The translations under genes were made by a program, and so were the position numbers. A DNA stretch of 64,000 nt from Eledone cirrhosa (lineage: Eukaryota), in the NCBI GenBank assembly GCA_964016885.1, contig OZ024741.1:307458001-307522000 (forward strand), written 5' to 3'. The notes beneath the pieces were generated by a model. The model worked only from the letters and a program-made list of their open reading frames with translations, had not been told where the DNA came from and made no database searches. This document shows positions 1 through 15,395 of the stretch, piece after piece. Each line of letters begins with the position of its first letter. The stretch's first letter is position 1.

Positions 1-1410
<1,410 letters not shown>

Positions 1411-2276
1411 AGGCACGCACATATATACAGATTGCGTCACACTAGCCACATTAATATGAAACGACGACAACAAACGAAATGTAACATACTAGTAAATTGA
1501 AAAAGAATTCCTGTTGCGAATATTTTCAATGGTTGTTCCTTGTTTTCAAAGAATTTGATTTAATTCTAACTTTCTATTACATTATTATTACTGACATCAT
1601 TATTATTGCTACTTACTACTACTATCATTATTATTATTATTACTATTATTACTATTATTATTATTGGGGTCGATTTAATCGGCTTTCCCCTCACCTTCAG
1701 ATTGCTGGCCTTATTTATTTATGTATTTGTTGTTGTTGTTTTCAAATTTTTATTGGGACTATTATCTGAAATATAATTTCAGTTCTCGAATTTCATTCTC
1801 TACCAATTTTTAGTTGTAAGCTTTTCTCTCGTTAATAGTCTTTCTCAATAAAGTTCGCACTTTTTTTACTAGCTCCCCAAAATGTCGTGATTTCTCTCTC
1901 TCTCTTGTCCTTTCTGTCGTGCCCCTTCTCTCTCTCGCTCTCTCTCTCTCTCCCCACACACGCAGACACACACAGAAACCCAAACACACACATATATAAT
2001 GAAAGAGATAGATAGCTACATTGATAAATAGATAGATAAATGCACACACAAAATATATATCTATTTGTATATGTATATATACACACATATACACATATAT
2101 CTATATCCATCTATCTCTCTATCTATTATATATATACATGTCTGTCTTTGTGTGTGTGTATATACATACAATAAATAAATAAATATATATATATATATAT
2201 ATATATACTTACACACATATCTATGTGTGTATATATATATATGCGTTGGTGTGTGTATATGTGTATGTGTGTGTGT

Positions 2277-2308
<32 letters not shown>

Positions 2309-2794
2309 CTGTGTTTGTGAACGCATAAGTGTACATTATTTTTTGTTTATGAAAAAAACAAAAATAGAGATACATGTATAACTCAATACATATTGTAGAT
2401 TACAATTATTCATAGGACACAATTGATGCTCACCTGTAAAATTGCTTATTTGAATAATATTTTTTATTGTACAAATCATTTGTCGTTCTGTTGTATCCTA
2501 CTGGGTTTGTTTATTTGGTTTATCAAATAAATAAACATAACTAAAGAAGACATAAGATCGTAAAACGGGATACAATTACGCCATTGTTTTGTTAGGTTTA
2601 TTTATCAAGTAAAGTTAGTAGAAAGCACAGCTTAGTAATGCATGATCAATAACACGATAGGCGCATACAAAACTTTAGAAAACACACTATGATAACAATT
2701 GGTATAGTCAAAAGAATGTACAACTTCTCATGTATAAAAAAATTGGCTTATTTAACGAAAGCAGACATATGTTAGTTAGACAATTTTACCGTTA

Positions 2795-2838
<44 letters not shown>

Positions 2839-2857
2839 ATATGCATATATATATATG

Positions 2858-2888
<31 letters not shown>

Positions 2889-2929
2889 ATATAAATATAT
2901 ATATATATGTATATGCATATATATATATG

Positions 2930-2990
<61 letters not shown>

Positions 2991-2994
<4 letters not shown>

Positions 2995-3195
2995 CGAAGG
3001 AAATGTGGTAAGGAACCAGGTGGACCATAACGCACCAAAGTACTCAATACTTGGGGTAGTAGAGTGGGTAATAGGAACCAGTAAGACCCCGACAGCTGAG
3101 CTCAAGCCGTTTCGACGGCTAATTCTGGACTGAATTAGCCGTCCAGAATTAGCCGTCGAAACGGCTTGAGCTCAGCTGTCGGGGTCTTACTGGTT

Positions 3196-3200
<5 letters not shown>
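2991..3200 (-). mobile_element. Foldback element family A (probable PLE pseudo-LTR remnant): 60-bp perfect inverted arms plus ~80-bp tail
   Basis: Arms 3071-3130 and 3141-3200 are exact reverse complements with a 10-bp spacer. Tail is 2991-3070. Flanked by (TA)n. Homologous copies at ~15396, 25722, 31721, 37730, 39022 and 49255. Confidence 0.8.
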
Positions 3201-3230
<30 letters not shown>

Positions 3231-3235
<5 letters not shown>

Positions 3236-3385
3236 TTGCAAGGTTTTTGATATGAAATCGTGTGTCGAAACAAATATTGTTATACTTGGGGAGGGTCATA
3301 TTGTTGTAATAATATTGCCAGAAATAATAACAGTGAATATTCTGTTATTATTCCTGGCAATATTATTACAACAATATGACCCTCC
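3231..3385 (-). mobile_element. Foldback PLE terminus, same terminal family as 8606-9785
   Basis: Arms 3290-3333 and 3342-3385. Tail 3231-3289 resembles the reverse complement of 9715-9775 and 57445-57510 (catgaccctcccaaagtataa...cacacgatttca...cttgc). Confidence 0.75.
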
Positions 3386-3670
3386 GCATATATATATGAT
3401 TGATAAATCAACGAGTTTCGAAATCATCAGGAAACAAACTCAATTGGACAAAGATTTTTCTTAAATGTTCCCCGCCAGAAACGAATTCAAAATGGCTAAG
3501 AATTGTCACATGGTCAGTGGTCAAGTCAGAAAGCTTGTGATTGGTGCCTGACGGCGAGTAGGCTGGTTGCTAGAAAGCGCAGCCGAATACTGCCTACAGT
3601 TTTACTCAACCTTACGGGAGTATATAAAATAAAGAGGTTTACATATACATAAACTAGACAGAGTCATAGG

Positions 3671-3694
<24 letters not shown>

Positions 3695-3702
<8 letters not shown>

Positions 3703-3790
3703 TAACAGATTAAAGTTAAAGCAGAGAATTCTTTACTTAAACTTTAATCTGTTATTTTAATAAATATTTGCTCTGCGGATTTTATATATT
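3695..3790 (+). mobile_element. Small foldback element with ~30-bp tail
   Basis: tattaaaataacagattaaagtt (3695-3717) and aactttaatctgttattttaata (3740-3762) are reverse complements. Related sequence at 13385-13490. Confidence 0.6.
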
Positions 3791-4447
3791 TATATATATA
3801 TATATTATCCTTATCTAGCCCTCTTCGGATTTTAGCCTTCATATTCATTATTATTACTATTGTAATAATATTGTGGTGTCCTAGAAGCACCGTCATACGG
3901 AGTTTCTAGGGCACTTTTAAACCTGGCGGAGCCCAACCCTCCCCAGATCCGAATACAACCGATTTTTTTCTCTACAGGAAGAATCGACCCCAGTACTGAA
4001 CTGGTAATTCTTTTTATCGACCTTGAAAGGATGAAAGGCAAAGTTGACCAAGGTGGGATTGTGTGTGTTATAAAATATCAACTACTTAGTAACTGTGGCT
4101 GCGATTGTGTCACTCCAATCACCCAAGCATGGTGTAATAAGGGTAAACGCACTCAACGTCTTATGAATACTTCCAGGTTTGACGTGAATTTTACATGTAG
4201 TAATTTCAAAATTCAAAAGCTAGATATCCACAATTTTCTTTTTATTATAATTAGCCGTAATTAGATCATTGAGATATCAACATCGAAAGAAAGTATCTTC
4301 TTATCAATTCCTTCCAGTGCCTTAGAAATGGATTACATGTTTAACTATATTACCCAAGAGGCTGTCTGACAACGTCGTGTGAGGAATTCCGTTCTAACAT
4401 CATGACGTAATAATGGCACCACTGAAATAGATATTAAGTCTAATAAT

Positions 4448-4632
4448 TGTTTCTACTTTTCACACAAGGCCAGCAATTACCCACTACATTACTGGTACTT
4501 TATTTTATCGACCCCGTGAGGATGAAAGGCAAAGTGAACCTCGGCGGGATTTGAACTCAAACTGTAAAGGGACGTAACTATGCTGGAAAGCAAGGCGTCC
4601 GACTCTCTACCGATACTGCCAATCCACGGCCC
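4448..4632 (-). mobile_element. tRNA-derived SINE (family 1), full length
   Basis: B-box-like gagttcaaatcc and conserved core gcctttcatcc..cggggtcgataaaataaagtacc. 16-bp TSD tattaagtctaataat at 4432-4447 and 4633-4648. Confidence 0.9.
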
Positions 4633-5501
4633 TATTAAGTCTAATAATATAAGAAATTATTGAATCTATTGAAATCATATGTATATTATATATCTTAATG
4701 CATTTCTATGTAAATCTCACACCACAAGACAAAGCTGGATAGGAAAACACTAACGGACAATACGACCGTATTATACAGGTTTCCTAACAAAATTAAACGT
4801 TACATTATGGAAGCAGTACTCATATCAACATACAATGCTAAGAAAAACACACAAACCACAATACAGTGTTGCCCACACATACATCAGACATGCGTCATAA
4901 ACACGTGACATGTATAATTTTAACGGTGAAACGTCAAATTTCAACTTCCGTTAATATGCCAATACAAATATTGGCAATAAAAAACAATTTCATAAAATTT
5001 CATGAAGTACAATTTATCTAAAATAAAAGCGACAGTAAAGTAAGCCATCAACATTTCACATGAAAAAGTCTATAACCGTTGATTAGATTATAGACTTATA
5101 GATTGTATTGTTTTAAACGAGGTACAAAACACTCTTAAAAATATAAGCTAAATCTGATAAAATTGCTAAAAACCCGAGCATAGTCGTGTATTTAAAAATA
5201 CGTGCAACAGACAAACTGTTCTTCAGATATACGATGTTTGTTTACATTTTCAAAGAGATTTTTGATTCAGCTCCTTAATTGAAGCGGTAAGATGTTAGAA
5301 TGCCCTTAGATCAAGGGCTAGAGCACACAGCCAGTATCTGAGAGATACGGGGATCGATCTTTTGAAGCAGCTGCTAGCAACTTCTTTTTCAGTTTAATGG
5401 TCTTTACCCTATTTTATAGCAACTGTCTATAGTTGCAGTTATTTTCTGCGCCTGAGCATAATACATCTATAACTTTATTCACTTCTCAACGCCTTATAAT
5501 T

Positions 5502-5539
<38 letters not shown>

Positions 5540-5545
<6 letters not shown>

Positions 5546-5785
5546 GTGAGGTTTTTTTACAAAATGAAAAAAAAACCTAGGTGTCCTACACGAGTGAAAG
5601 TATAAGGAAAAAAGATGAAATCGAAAATGCAACTCGAGTCTTTTTTTTTTTAAATATATATTTATTTTGTTCGTTTACCAGTTTCGCAGTTCTTCTGCTT
5701 TTCAAAAGTAGAATTGAGATGGAGGGTTTGTGGTTTTTCTCAAATCATGTGAGTTGCATTTTCGATTTCATCTTTTTTCCTTATA
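5540..5785 (-). mobile_element. Foldback PLE remnant with hammerhead-like motif
   Basis: 35-bp perfect inverted arms 5601-5635 and 5751-5785. Tail ~5540-5600. HHR-like motif at 5673-5708 on the minus strand. Confidence 0.7.
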
Positions 5786-5789
5786 TATA

Positions 5790-6320
<531 letters not shown>

Positions 6321-6662
6321 TATATCTATATATTTCTATCCGCATTGTACGGGCTTTCTAGAGGTCTTATCTCGTATAACATATCTCACAATGCTTTATG
6401 ATAACTATACTGCTTTATATATATTCCATTTATTACTATCCCATGTGCATTGGAGCCAGTTATATCTTAAAGTAGCAAAACAAAGTATCTCCAGCGATCG
6501 ACTGATGAGGGGCCACCGTCTGTGTTTCCTTAGTTTTTCCGTTGTTTTCGCCCACATTTTTTATTCATTCTTTTATGATTTTAGCCACGCGGGACTCATA
6601 TTGTTTTTTTATTTTATTTTGCACTGCCTACGTTCTCTGTTCTCTTTCATTTCTGTCTTACT

Positions 6663-6720
<58 letters not shown>

Positions 6721-7122
6721 TCTCTCTCTCTCCCCTTCTCTCTCGTTCTCTCTCTCTCTCCATCTCTCTTTCTGCTCGTTGGGACTGTCTATTTAAGACT
6801 TAACGTCCAAACAAACAAAAAAATCGTTATTTATATTTGATATTCTCTATCTCTCCCACCGTTTCTTTTTATTTCTTCTTGTCTAATGCTGCGCCTCGTA
6901 TCTATATCTCTTCTTTTCGGTTGCAGCACATTGGTTTGTAGCATATATTATCGTTTTTGTAAATGGTCGAAAGACCAATCGTTTTGTCTTGAGTCCAGTT
7001 GTTGTTGTCCCATTTCACTGGAGCATGTTGTATCAATCTTAAAGAGAACGAAATAGCGATCGACTGATAAGTTGGAAATGTCTCGTTTTTCACACACACA
7101 CAGACACACACACACACACACA

Positions 7123-7161
<39 letters not shown>

Positions 7162-7299
7162 ACACGTACACACATACGCACACACATATATATATACACA
7201 GACACAAACACATACCCCCCCCCCATTGATATACATATATATTCATATGTATATATATATGTGTGTGTGTGTCCTGAAATTGCTGACTGAATACGCAAC

Positions 7300-7500
7300 T
7301 GTGTGCTTTTCTCATTTCCCACCATCCTTTCTCTTCTCACTCTTTATCTTTCTGTTTCATCTTTTATATCTCATTCTATCCTCTGATGAAGGACTAGTGT
7401 CCAAAACGTTAAACATCTTTTCCTGTCAATTCAAACGTTAAACTAACACATTTCTTCACCGTACTGTGTCTTTTGCTTGTTACTTGTTTACTTTTTACAT
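7300..7500 (+). mobile_element. PLE pseudo-LTR family B with degenerate hammerhead
   Basis: ctgatgaaggactagtgtccaaaacgtt at 7383 (GAAA mutated to AAAA). Homologous to 38806-39010, 39978-40190 and 56991-57215. Confidence 0.6.
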
Positions 7501-7769
7501 ACATACATGCATACACACACATACACACGCACACACACGCACACACACATATATGTGTGTGTATAAATATATATATGTATATATACAATATATTAACAAA
7601 TGGAAACTATATTTATAAAATCATATTTATTTCATTATACATATTTCAAGAGCCACCAAGGCAAACTATGGTGCGCTTTCATCAGATAAAATATAATATA
7701 GGTTAATTTTATAAATAAATATTGACACACCCTGAAAAGTGGAACCATTCTGGTTGGAATCTCCTGTGT

Positions 7770-8040
7770 GTGTTTATGTGTACGTGTGAAGGCATGTGAG
7801 TTAGTGGGTAGAGGGATCAGCTTATGGGGGTAAGCTTTAAAATTCGATTCCCAGACAATTGTGTCCTTGAGCAAGACGTGTCATATCCCGCTGTTACAGT
7901 TCGCACAGCTGGAAAAAAAGGATTTGTACCTGTATTTCAAGGAGCTGGCCTTATCAGGCAGTATCACGCTGAATCTCCCTCATAACTAAGTAAAAGATTC
8001 ACATATCTGTTGAATGCTAACGCTAATTTCACGTATATTC
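7770..8040 (+). mobile_element. Degenerate tRNA-derived SINE (family 2)
   Basis: ttcgattccc...gtgtccttgagcaagac...cacgctgaatctccct, homologous to 43280-43565. Confidence 0.6.
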
Positions 8041-8391
8041 CCCGAGCAGGCATTTATGTATATAATGATTTCAACTGTAGGCACAAGACCAGCACATTGG
8101 GGGGGGGGGGGGGGGGAGGCGAACGTTGATTAAGTGAACTCCAGTTCGTTACTGGTACTTTATTTTATCGACCCCATAAGGATGAAAGCCGGAGTTAATC
8201 CCTGTATTTGTGTGTGTGTGTGTGGGTGGTGGGTGGGGGAATGACGGTGTGCGCATGCTTGTATTATATATATATATACAGTATATATATATATATATAC
8301 TTATATTATATATATATATATGTATACATTGAAACATATATATATATATGATATACATATATGTCTATATATATGTCTATATATATATGTC

Positions 8392-8430
<39 letters not shown>

Positions 8431-8553
8431 CATATATATATATATATATATTTGTGTGTGTGTGAGCGTATACATATATATATATAATATAAGTATATAT
8501 ATATATACTGTATATATATATCATACAAGCATACGCACACCGTCATCCCCCTC

Positions 8554-8612
<59 letters not shown>

Positions 8613-8770
8613 ATACTTTGGGAGGGTCATGTTGCCAATAAGAAACACACGCACCAGTTGCTTTCACTTCAATTTATTATATATTTATAAATTTATAAAT
8701 TTACAAATCTACAAACTTATAAATTTCTGGTTGGTTGGTTGGTTCCACAACCAGATAGTTGTTTATATAT

Positions 8771-8815
8771 AGTCATAGTCCTTTCGTCACACACTCTGTG
8801 ACCTCTTCAGTGACT
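8771..8815 (-). ncRNA. Mirror copy of the minimal hammerhead ribozyme motif
   Basis: Reverse complement of 9516-9560 in the left palindrome arm. Confidence 0.8.
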
Positions 8816-9515
8816 GGGGTTTCCTTTCTTTGTTTCTGTGCCTTTCCTTTCTTCTATCCTACGCCATTTTGTTTCTGTGTGTGTGTTGTGTGCTCAGTTT
8901 GCGCATGCGCCACATCCGGGTGTCTGTGTGTGTTTGTGTTCATTTATGTATTTGTTTATTTATTTATTTATTTATTGTTAGTTGGTTGTTTGTTCTATGT
9001 GTGTGTGTGTTTTCATTTTGTCCTTAATTGTAAGTTGTGATGTTGCTGTTCCACTCATATTTTCTATTTAATTTTGGTTGTAATTCTTTTATGCTTACTG
9101 CCTCTGTAATTTGCCTAAACATTGCATCTTTTCTGTGTGTGGATTCTATTTTTATTTCTATGTTCTCTAATCTACCCCTGTGTTCTATCTTAGCATGTTG
9201 GTAGAGCAACATGCTAAGATAGAACACAGGCAGTAAGCATAAAAGAATTACAACCAAAATTAAATAGAAAATATGAGTGGAACAGCAACATCACAACTTA
9301 CAATTAAGGACAAAATGAAAACACACACACACATAGAACAAACAACCAACCAACAATAAATAAATAAATAAATAAACAAATACATAAATGAACACAAACA
9401 GACACAGACACCCGGATGTGGCGCATGCGCAAACTGAGCACACAACACACACACAGAAACAAAATGGCGTAGGATAGAAGAAAGGAAAGGCACAGAAACA
9501 AAGAAAGGAATCCCC

Positions 9516-9560
9516 AGTCACTGAAGAGGTCACAGAGTGTGTGACGAAAGGACTATGACT
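9516..9560 (+). ncRNA. Minimal type I hammerhead ribozyme motif
   Basis: AGUCA-CUGAAGA-G-GUCAC(AGAGUGU)GUGAC-GAAA-GGAC-UA-UGACU: stems I and II pair and the core is intact. Confidence 0.8.
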
Positions 9561-9782
9561 ATATACAAACAACTATCTGGTTGTGGAACCAACCAACCAA
9601 CCAACCAGAAATTTATAAGTTTGTAGATTTGTAAATTTATAAATTTATAAATATATAATAAATTGAAGTGAAAGCAACTGGTGCGTGTGTTTCTTATTGG
9701 CAACATGACCCTCCCAAAGTATAACAATATCGGTTTCAACACACGATTTCAGATAAAGAATCTTGCTAAACAAATTCAGAAA

Positions 9783-9880
<98 letters not shown>

Positions 9881-10302
9881 ATGTGCGTATGTAAGCGAGC
9901 ATGTGTGTTGAGTACTGGGTCCCCGGATTCCGGATATTAGATTAATTGTTGCGAAATTCCATGTAATCATTAGAGCCAGGTGGTGTTGGATGGTCTGCAA
10001 TGATATGGCATAGTGGTGAGTAACCATTTTGAACCTGGTCCAAAATAATCAGTTAACCGATTGATGCATTCTCGTTGCGGTATTCTTGTTGTTGTTTAAA
10101 GTATTTTATATGTATGTGTGTGTATGTATGTATGTATGTATGTATGTATGTATGTATGTATGTATGTATGTATGTATGTATGTATGTATGTATGTATGTA
10201 TATATGTATATATGTATGTATGTATGTATGTACGTACGTATGTATGTACGTATGTATATATGCATGTATGTATGTATGTATAAATATATATATACATGTG
10301 CA

Positions 10303-10424
<122 letters not shown>

Positions 10425-10447
10425 ATATATATATACATATACTCACA

Positions 10448-10494
<47 letters not shown>

Positions 10495-10629
10495 CTCATA
10501 TATATATATATATATATATATTTATAAATAGATATATATATTATAATGGTAATGAGTAGGAACGAGGTGTCAAAATATCAAATGTATATATATATATATA
10601 TATATATTACATATATATATATATATATT

Positions 10630-10662
<33 letters not shown>

Positions 10663-10981
10663 CACACACATACATGTCGAATATATATAAACAATATTTT
10701 AGTAATGTTCACTGAAGTGTGGCGAGTGAGTTAAAATATAAAGTGCAAACATTAATATACATTATAGTATTTCCTTTCGAAATGTTATCTCTCCCCCATT
10801 CATCTCCCAAACATCGTTTGGGACACATAGCATGAGTCCATCGATGTTAATCTGAAGATAATCCATCAATCTTATGTAAGTAGAATCACTGCGGTAAAGA
10901 ATTTATGTATAAATATATATGTCTCTGTGTTTGTATACATGTATGTATACCTAAATGTAATCGTATATATGTCTCTCCCCC

Positions 10982-11027
<46 letters not shown>

Positions 11028-11054
11028 CTCTCTATCTCTCTCTCTCTCTCTCTC

Positions 11055-11587
<533 letters not shown>

Positions 11588-11592
<5 letters not shown>

Positions 11593-11788
11593 GTTATGTA
11601 ATAAACAACATAAGATAATTATTTCAGTCGTCAGAATGAATAAATAAATTTATTCATTCTGACGACTGAAGAAACCACTGGTAAATGAAATAATTATCTT
11701 ATGTTGTTTATTACATAACTAATAAGCTCTGTAGCCTACATAGAACACTCTTTTTCCCTGTACCTTTCCGACGGAATTACTTCATTTA
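11588..11788 (+). mobile_element. Foldback element with hammerhead-like motif and ~66-bp tail
   Basis: Arms ~11590-11643 and ~11650-11722, in (TA)n. Motif at 11653-11689. Confidence 0.7.
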
Positions 11789-11899
11789 TATATATATATA
11801 TTTAAGACAACATACATGCATACAGACACAGAGAAATACATATTTATACATATAAATATATATATATATATAACTTTGATAACTTTGATAGGTTTAGAC

Positions 11900-12500
11900 C
11901 AGTGTTGGCTCAGATCATGTCTAACTTAATAGCACTCCTGGCGAAATCTTTCAGAGTATGGCTTCATAACCTAGTCATGTCTTGGGCACCGTGGCACATT
12001 CTAGTAAAGAGCTGTTTTAGGAGACATATCCGGATGTAGGGGGAATATCTGGTGTTACTTGGAAGAAGTTGTCCAGGAAACTGTTGAATGTTACGGGGTC
12101 TATTTCTGTCTAGATGCATTTCAATGTGATATTAAAGAGAGCGTGGCCAGTTGAGGTGAAGTGGTTGTGTTGTATTATTGCTGAGATGCGAGTTTGATTT
12201 TTGTAGTGGGTGGATATCACGGGGACCAAGACTTGGTTAGATTTTAATGGTCATGCGAACATCATTTGGACAATATTGATGGTACAATTTCCTTATCATC
12301 ACGGTGGCTTTGGAGCGAGAAAATTTTGAGACTTTGTCGAACCCAATAGTCAAGGCTTTGTCATACCGTCTATTTGTTATTGACTTTTGGGGTGCTTCAA
12401 GTTTCATAATACTTTGTTTCATGTGCGGAGACCAGTGATAGACAAAAAGTAGGAAGTTCATTTGGCCGTCTTTTTTGAAAGGCTGTGCTCAAAAGAGTCT
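11900..12500 (-). mobile_element. Degenerate LINE 3' fragment (CR1/L2-like)
   Basis: Minus-strand translation G.ALFNITLKCI..E.DPVTFNSFLDNFFQVTPDIPPTSGY...NSSL resembles LINE ORF2 C-termini. Contains stops. Confidence 0.4.
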
Positions 12501-12899
12501 TATATCGTGCTGAAAACGAAAACAAATCCTATTGTATTTAGCGTGTCATGTATGTGTGTAATTGTGTGCGTCTGTGTGAGTGCGTGAGTGTACGTGTCTA
12601 TATATGTTTGTGTGTGTATTTTTGTTGTTTGTCTGTACGAAGCTGTGAGTATAAGTTTAAGAGAGTGTGTGCATGCGTATGAGTATGATTAGTTATAGTT
12701 GGTCCATACAGAGCTGTGAGTGTAAGTCTAAGTGTAGATATGTGTGTGTGTATTTGAGGTTGGCCTGTACAAAGTTGTGAGGGTGTGTGTTTCTGACAAT
12801 AACGAAGCCATAGGAAACTCGAAGAGTGAATATGCGCGTGAAATCGGACAAACTTGTGGCGACTGTGGTTAGGCATATAGAAGTTTGCGTGAGCGTATG

Positions 12900-13270
12900 A
12901 GTGCAAGGTTAAATATAGATTAAAGAAAATGTGATGGGGCGCTGAGTCCATTTGGGAAACTGGACCCAATGCGCAAAATCAAGTTTCTTCTCAATCGTGG
13001 TGGCTATCTATGATGTAAAATGACACCTAGAACTGAGGTATGTAGAGAGAAGTGACCTCGAGAACGGAAATGATGGGTGACGAGGGTATTCCTGTCAAGT
13101 GGAATGTCTCTTAAGTGTTCTGCGAATCGGTCCGCCAGACGGTGGCCTGTTTGTCCAATGTCTAGAAAATACAGCAGAGAAATTATCAGATGGCATAGAC
13201 AACGTTGGTGGAGGTGCAGGTAAAGGGGTGGCGGATACAGAAAGAACAGCCAGTGCCTATGAGAGTGTTG
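12900..13270 (-). mobile_element. PLE GIY-YIG endonuclease fragment
   Basis: DIGQTGHRLADRFAEHLRDI...VTHHF in ORF 13004-13453 matches the YIGxTxRxLxxRxxEH pattern. Confidence 0.75.
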
Positions 13271-13277
13271 ATATTGG

Positions 13278-13331
<54 letters not shown>

Positions 13332-13482
13332 ATAATAATAAATTTGAAGACTAAAATCCAAAGAGGGCTCGATAAGGATAAATATATATCAAATATATAA
13401 GAACCGTAGAGCAAATATTCAGTTTCAGAAGATCCCGTTAAGGGTGAAAGCACCGATTCTTTGCTTAAACTTTAATCTGTTA

Positions 13483-13556
<74 letters not shown>

Positions 13557-13869
13557 AGAGGACAAGACAACGAACGGAAACAAAACAAAACGAAAAATAA
13601 TTTTTTTAAAGGGGAAACCTTAAAAAAATTATTTTTGAAAAAATACAAATACAGAACGCCATGGTCATCGGTCGTTGAGATGGACCTGGACAGTTTCGAC
13701 CCCTAGCAACGGTGATGCTGGTCCATCCGGGGTCACAGCATCTGACATAAGCCAAACGTTGTCCAATGGAATCAAAGGCGAGTTACAAAGCATTAATTCA
13801 TAGCAATGAAGCTACAAAACACAGCACTTTGTAATGTCAGGGAAAAAGTGTAGTGCATCATATATATAT

Positions 13870-14330
13870 ATGAAAATTTCGAGAGAAATATGCCTTTGCT
13901 TTTGGATAATGCTGCTGGAAATCCTTTATATTTCGATCAACTCGAAGCGTGTGCGTATATTGAAGAATTTAGAAATTGATTTCTAGTTCGAAGCATAATA
14001 TCTTAAAAGAAGTTGATTAAAGCAACTAACATTAAAAATTAGTCCGCGAAAGGATTTTGGCAACCTTACAGTAGTATTCTAGGAAAAAAATATATTAATT
14101 AATGATGCATGAGAAGAAGTTGAACATACGTGTCGTATTTAGATTTAGATAAACTTATGGCCAAATGTAGGTAAGGAAGATCATATGATAGAGAGCAAGA
14201 CGATTTCAATCAGCAATAGTCATATAGAAATCGATGCTCGTGATATTCAGAATATATTTAATGCTGATAACGAAACATCACACTTGAAGGCATTATGGAG
14301 TTAACGTAAAAACACTAAAGTCTAGTTTAG
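13870..14330 (+). mobile_element. Possible pogo/Tigger DDE transposase remnant
   Basis: PLLLDNAAGNP motif at ~13893-13925, like LLLDNAxxH. The rest is heavily disrupted. Confidence 0.4.
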
Positions 14331-15197
14331 ATAGCGTAGAATATACTTAATTGTTTGTTTGCATGTATTAAGTATCGTCACATAATCTATAGTGTTCTGT
14401 GAATTAACGACCCTGTTCTTCCATTTTGTAGCTCAACGATGACCCTTACTTTCATGTTTTGCCTTTGTTTACCTCTTTAGCATAATTCAATGTACGGCTT
14501 TGAGATTGCTAACAGGGCAAATAAACTAGTGTAAATTTGCCCAAATGATTGGTCATGACATTGTTGTATATATTCATAATAGATATCGTTAATAAACCTT
14601 AATATGAACTCAGTTGGTAACTTATTAATGCTATTCAATGGTGTTCTTTCTTGTAGCAGAAGCTTATTAAAATGAAATATCATTTCTCGAAATATTCCAC
14701 ATGGAATACATTACAATTCTAAGAGTATATGTATATGTACGTGTGAAAATGTGTAATTTCGTATGTATTTCGTGTGTATGTGCACACATTTAATTTTGTT
14801 TTCAGTCATTAGCCTGTGGTCATGTTTAAGCAATACCAGGATTGTATGTGATTTTATCAACTCCACTATATATTTTCCATGCTTGCGTCCATATGCCAAT
14901 AACCCAAAATGATTTCGGTCTTGAAATTACGAAGATAGTCGCGGGTGATTTGAGTTTTCCCCGCTCGCCATATTCTGACAACGAAACTCTATGTGTATAT
15001 GTATGTACACTTATGCAGAGAGCTCCTTACAGATATTTTCGTCTCATACTTTGTTACCTCAGACACACAATATCATCCACTGCTGATGATATTTCTCGGA
15101 ATTTCTCACTTGTAAATCCTGATTCGAATTATTTCATTTTAAGCTGGCATATATTGAAAGTTCATAATTCACTCCAGGATTCGTGAAATACGATTGC

Positions 15198-15386
<189 letters not shown>

Positions 15387-15395
15387 TGTGTGTCT

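Larger units (their letters stand above)
8606..9785. mobile_element. Penelope-like element 3' end as a ~1.1-kb near-perfect palindrome plus 55-bp tail
   Basis: Arms 8606-9200 and 9207-9729, with a ~74-bp deletion in the right arm. Tail 9731-9785. The minus ORF 9024-9257 ends HAKIEH...RQITEAVSIKELQPKLNRKYEW, resembling a PLE GIY-YIG C-terminus. Flanked by (TA)n. Confidence 0.85.

Noticed and set aside
4448-4632. tRNA gene
   Set aside because: The A/B-box-like head continues into a SINE body with TSDs, and there is no cloverleaf.
8606-9785. TIR DNA transposon or MITE interpretation of the palindromes
   Set aside because: The asymmetric tail, GIY-YIG remnant and hammerheads point to a Penelope-like origin.
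14473-14719. Possible minus-strand host exon with AG/GT boundaries
   Set aside because: No frame is open across it and there is no recognisable homology.
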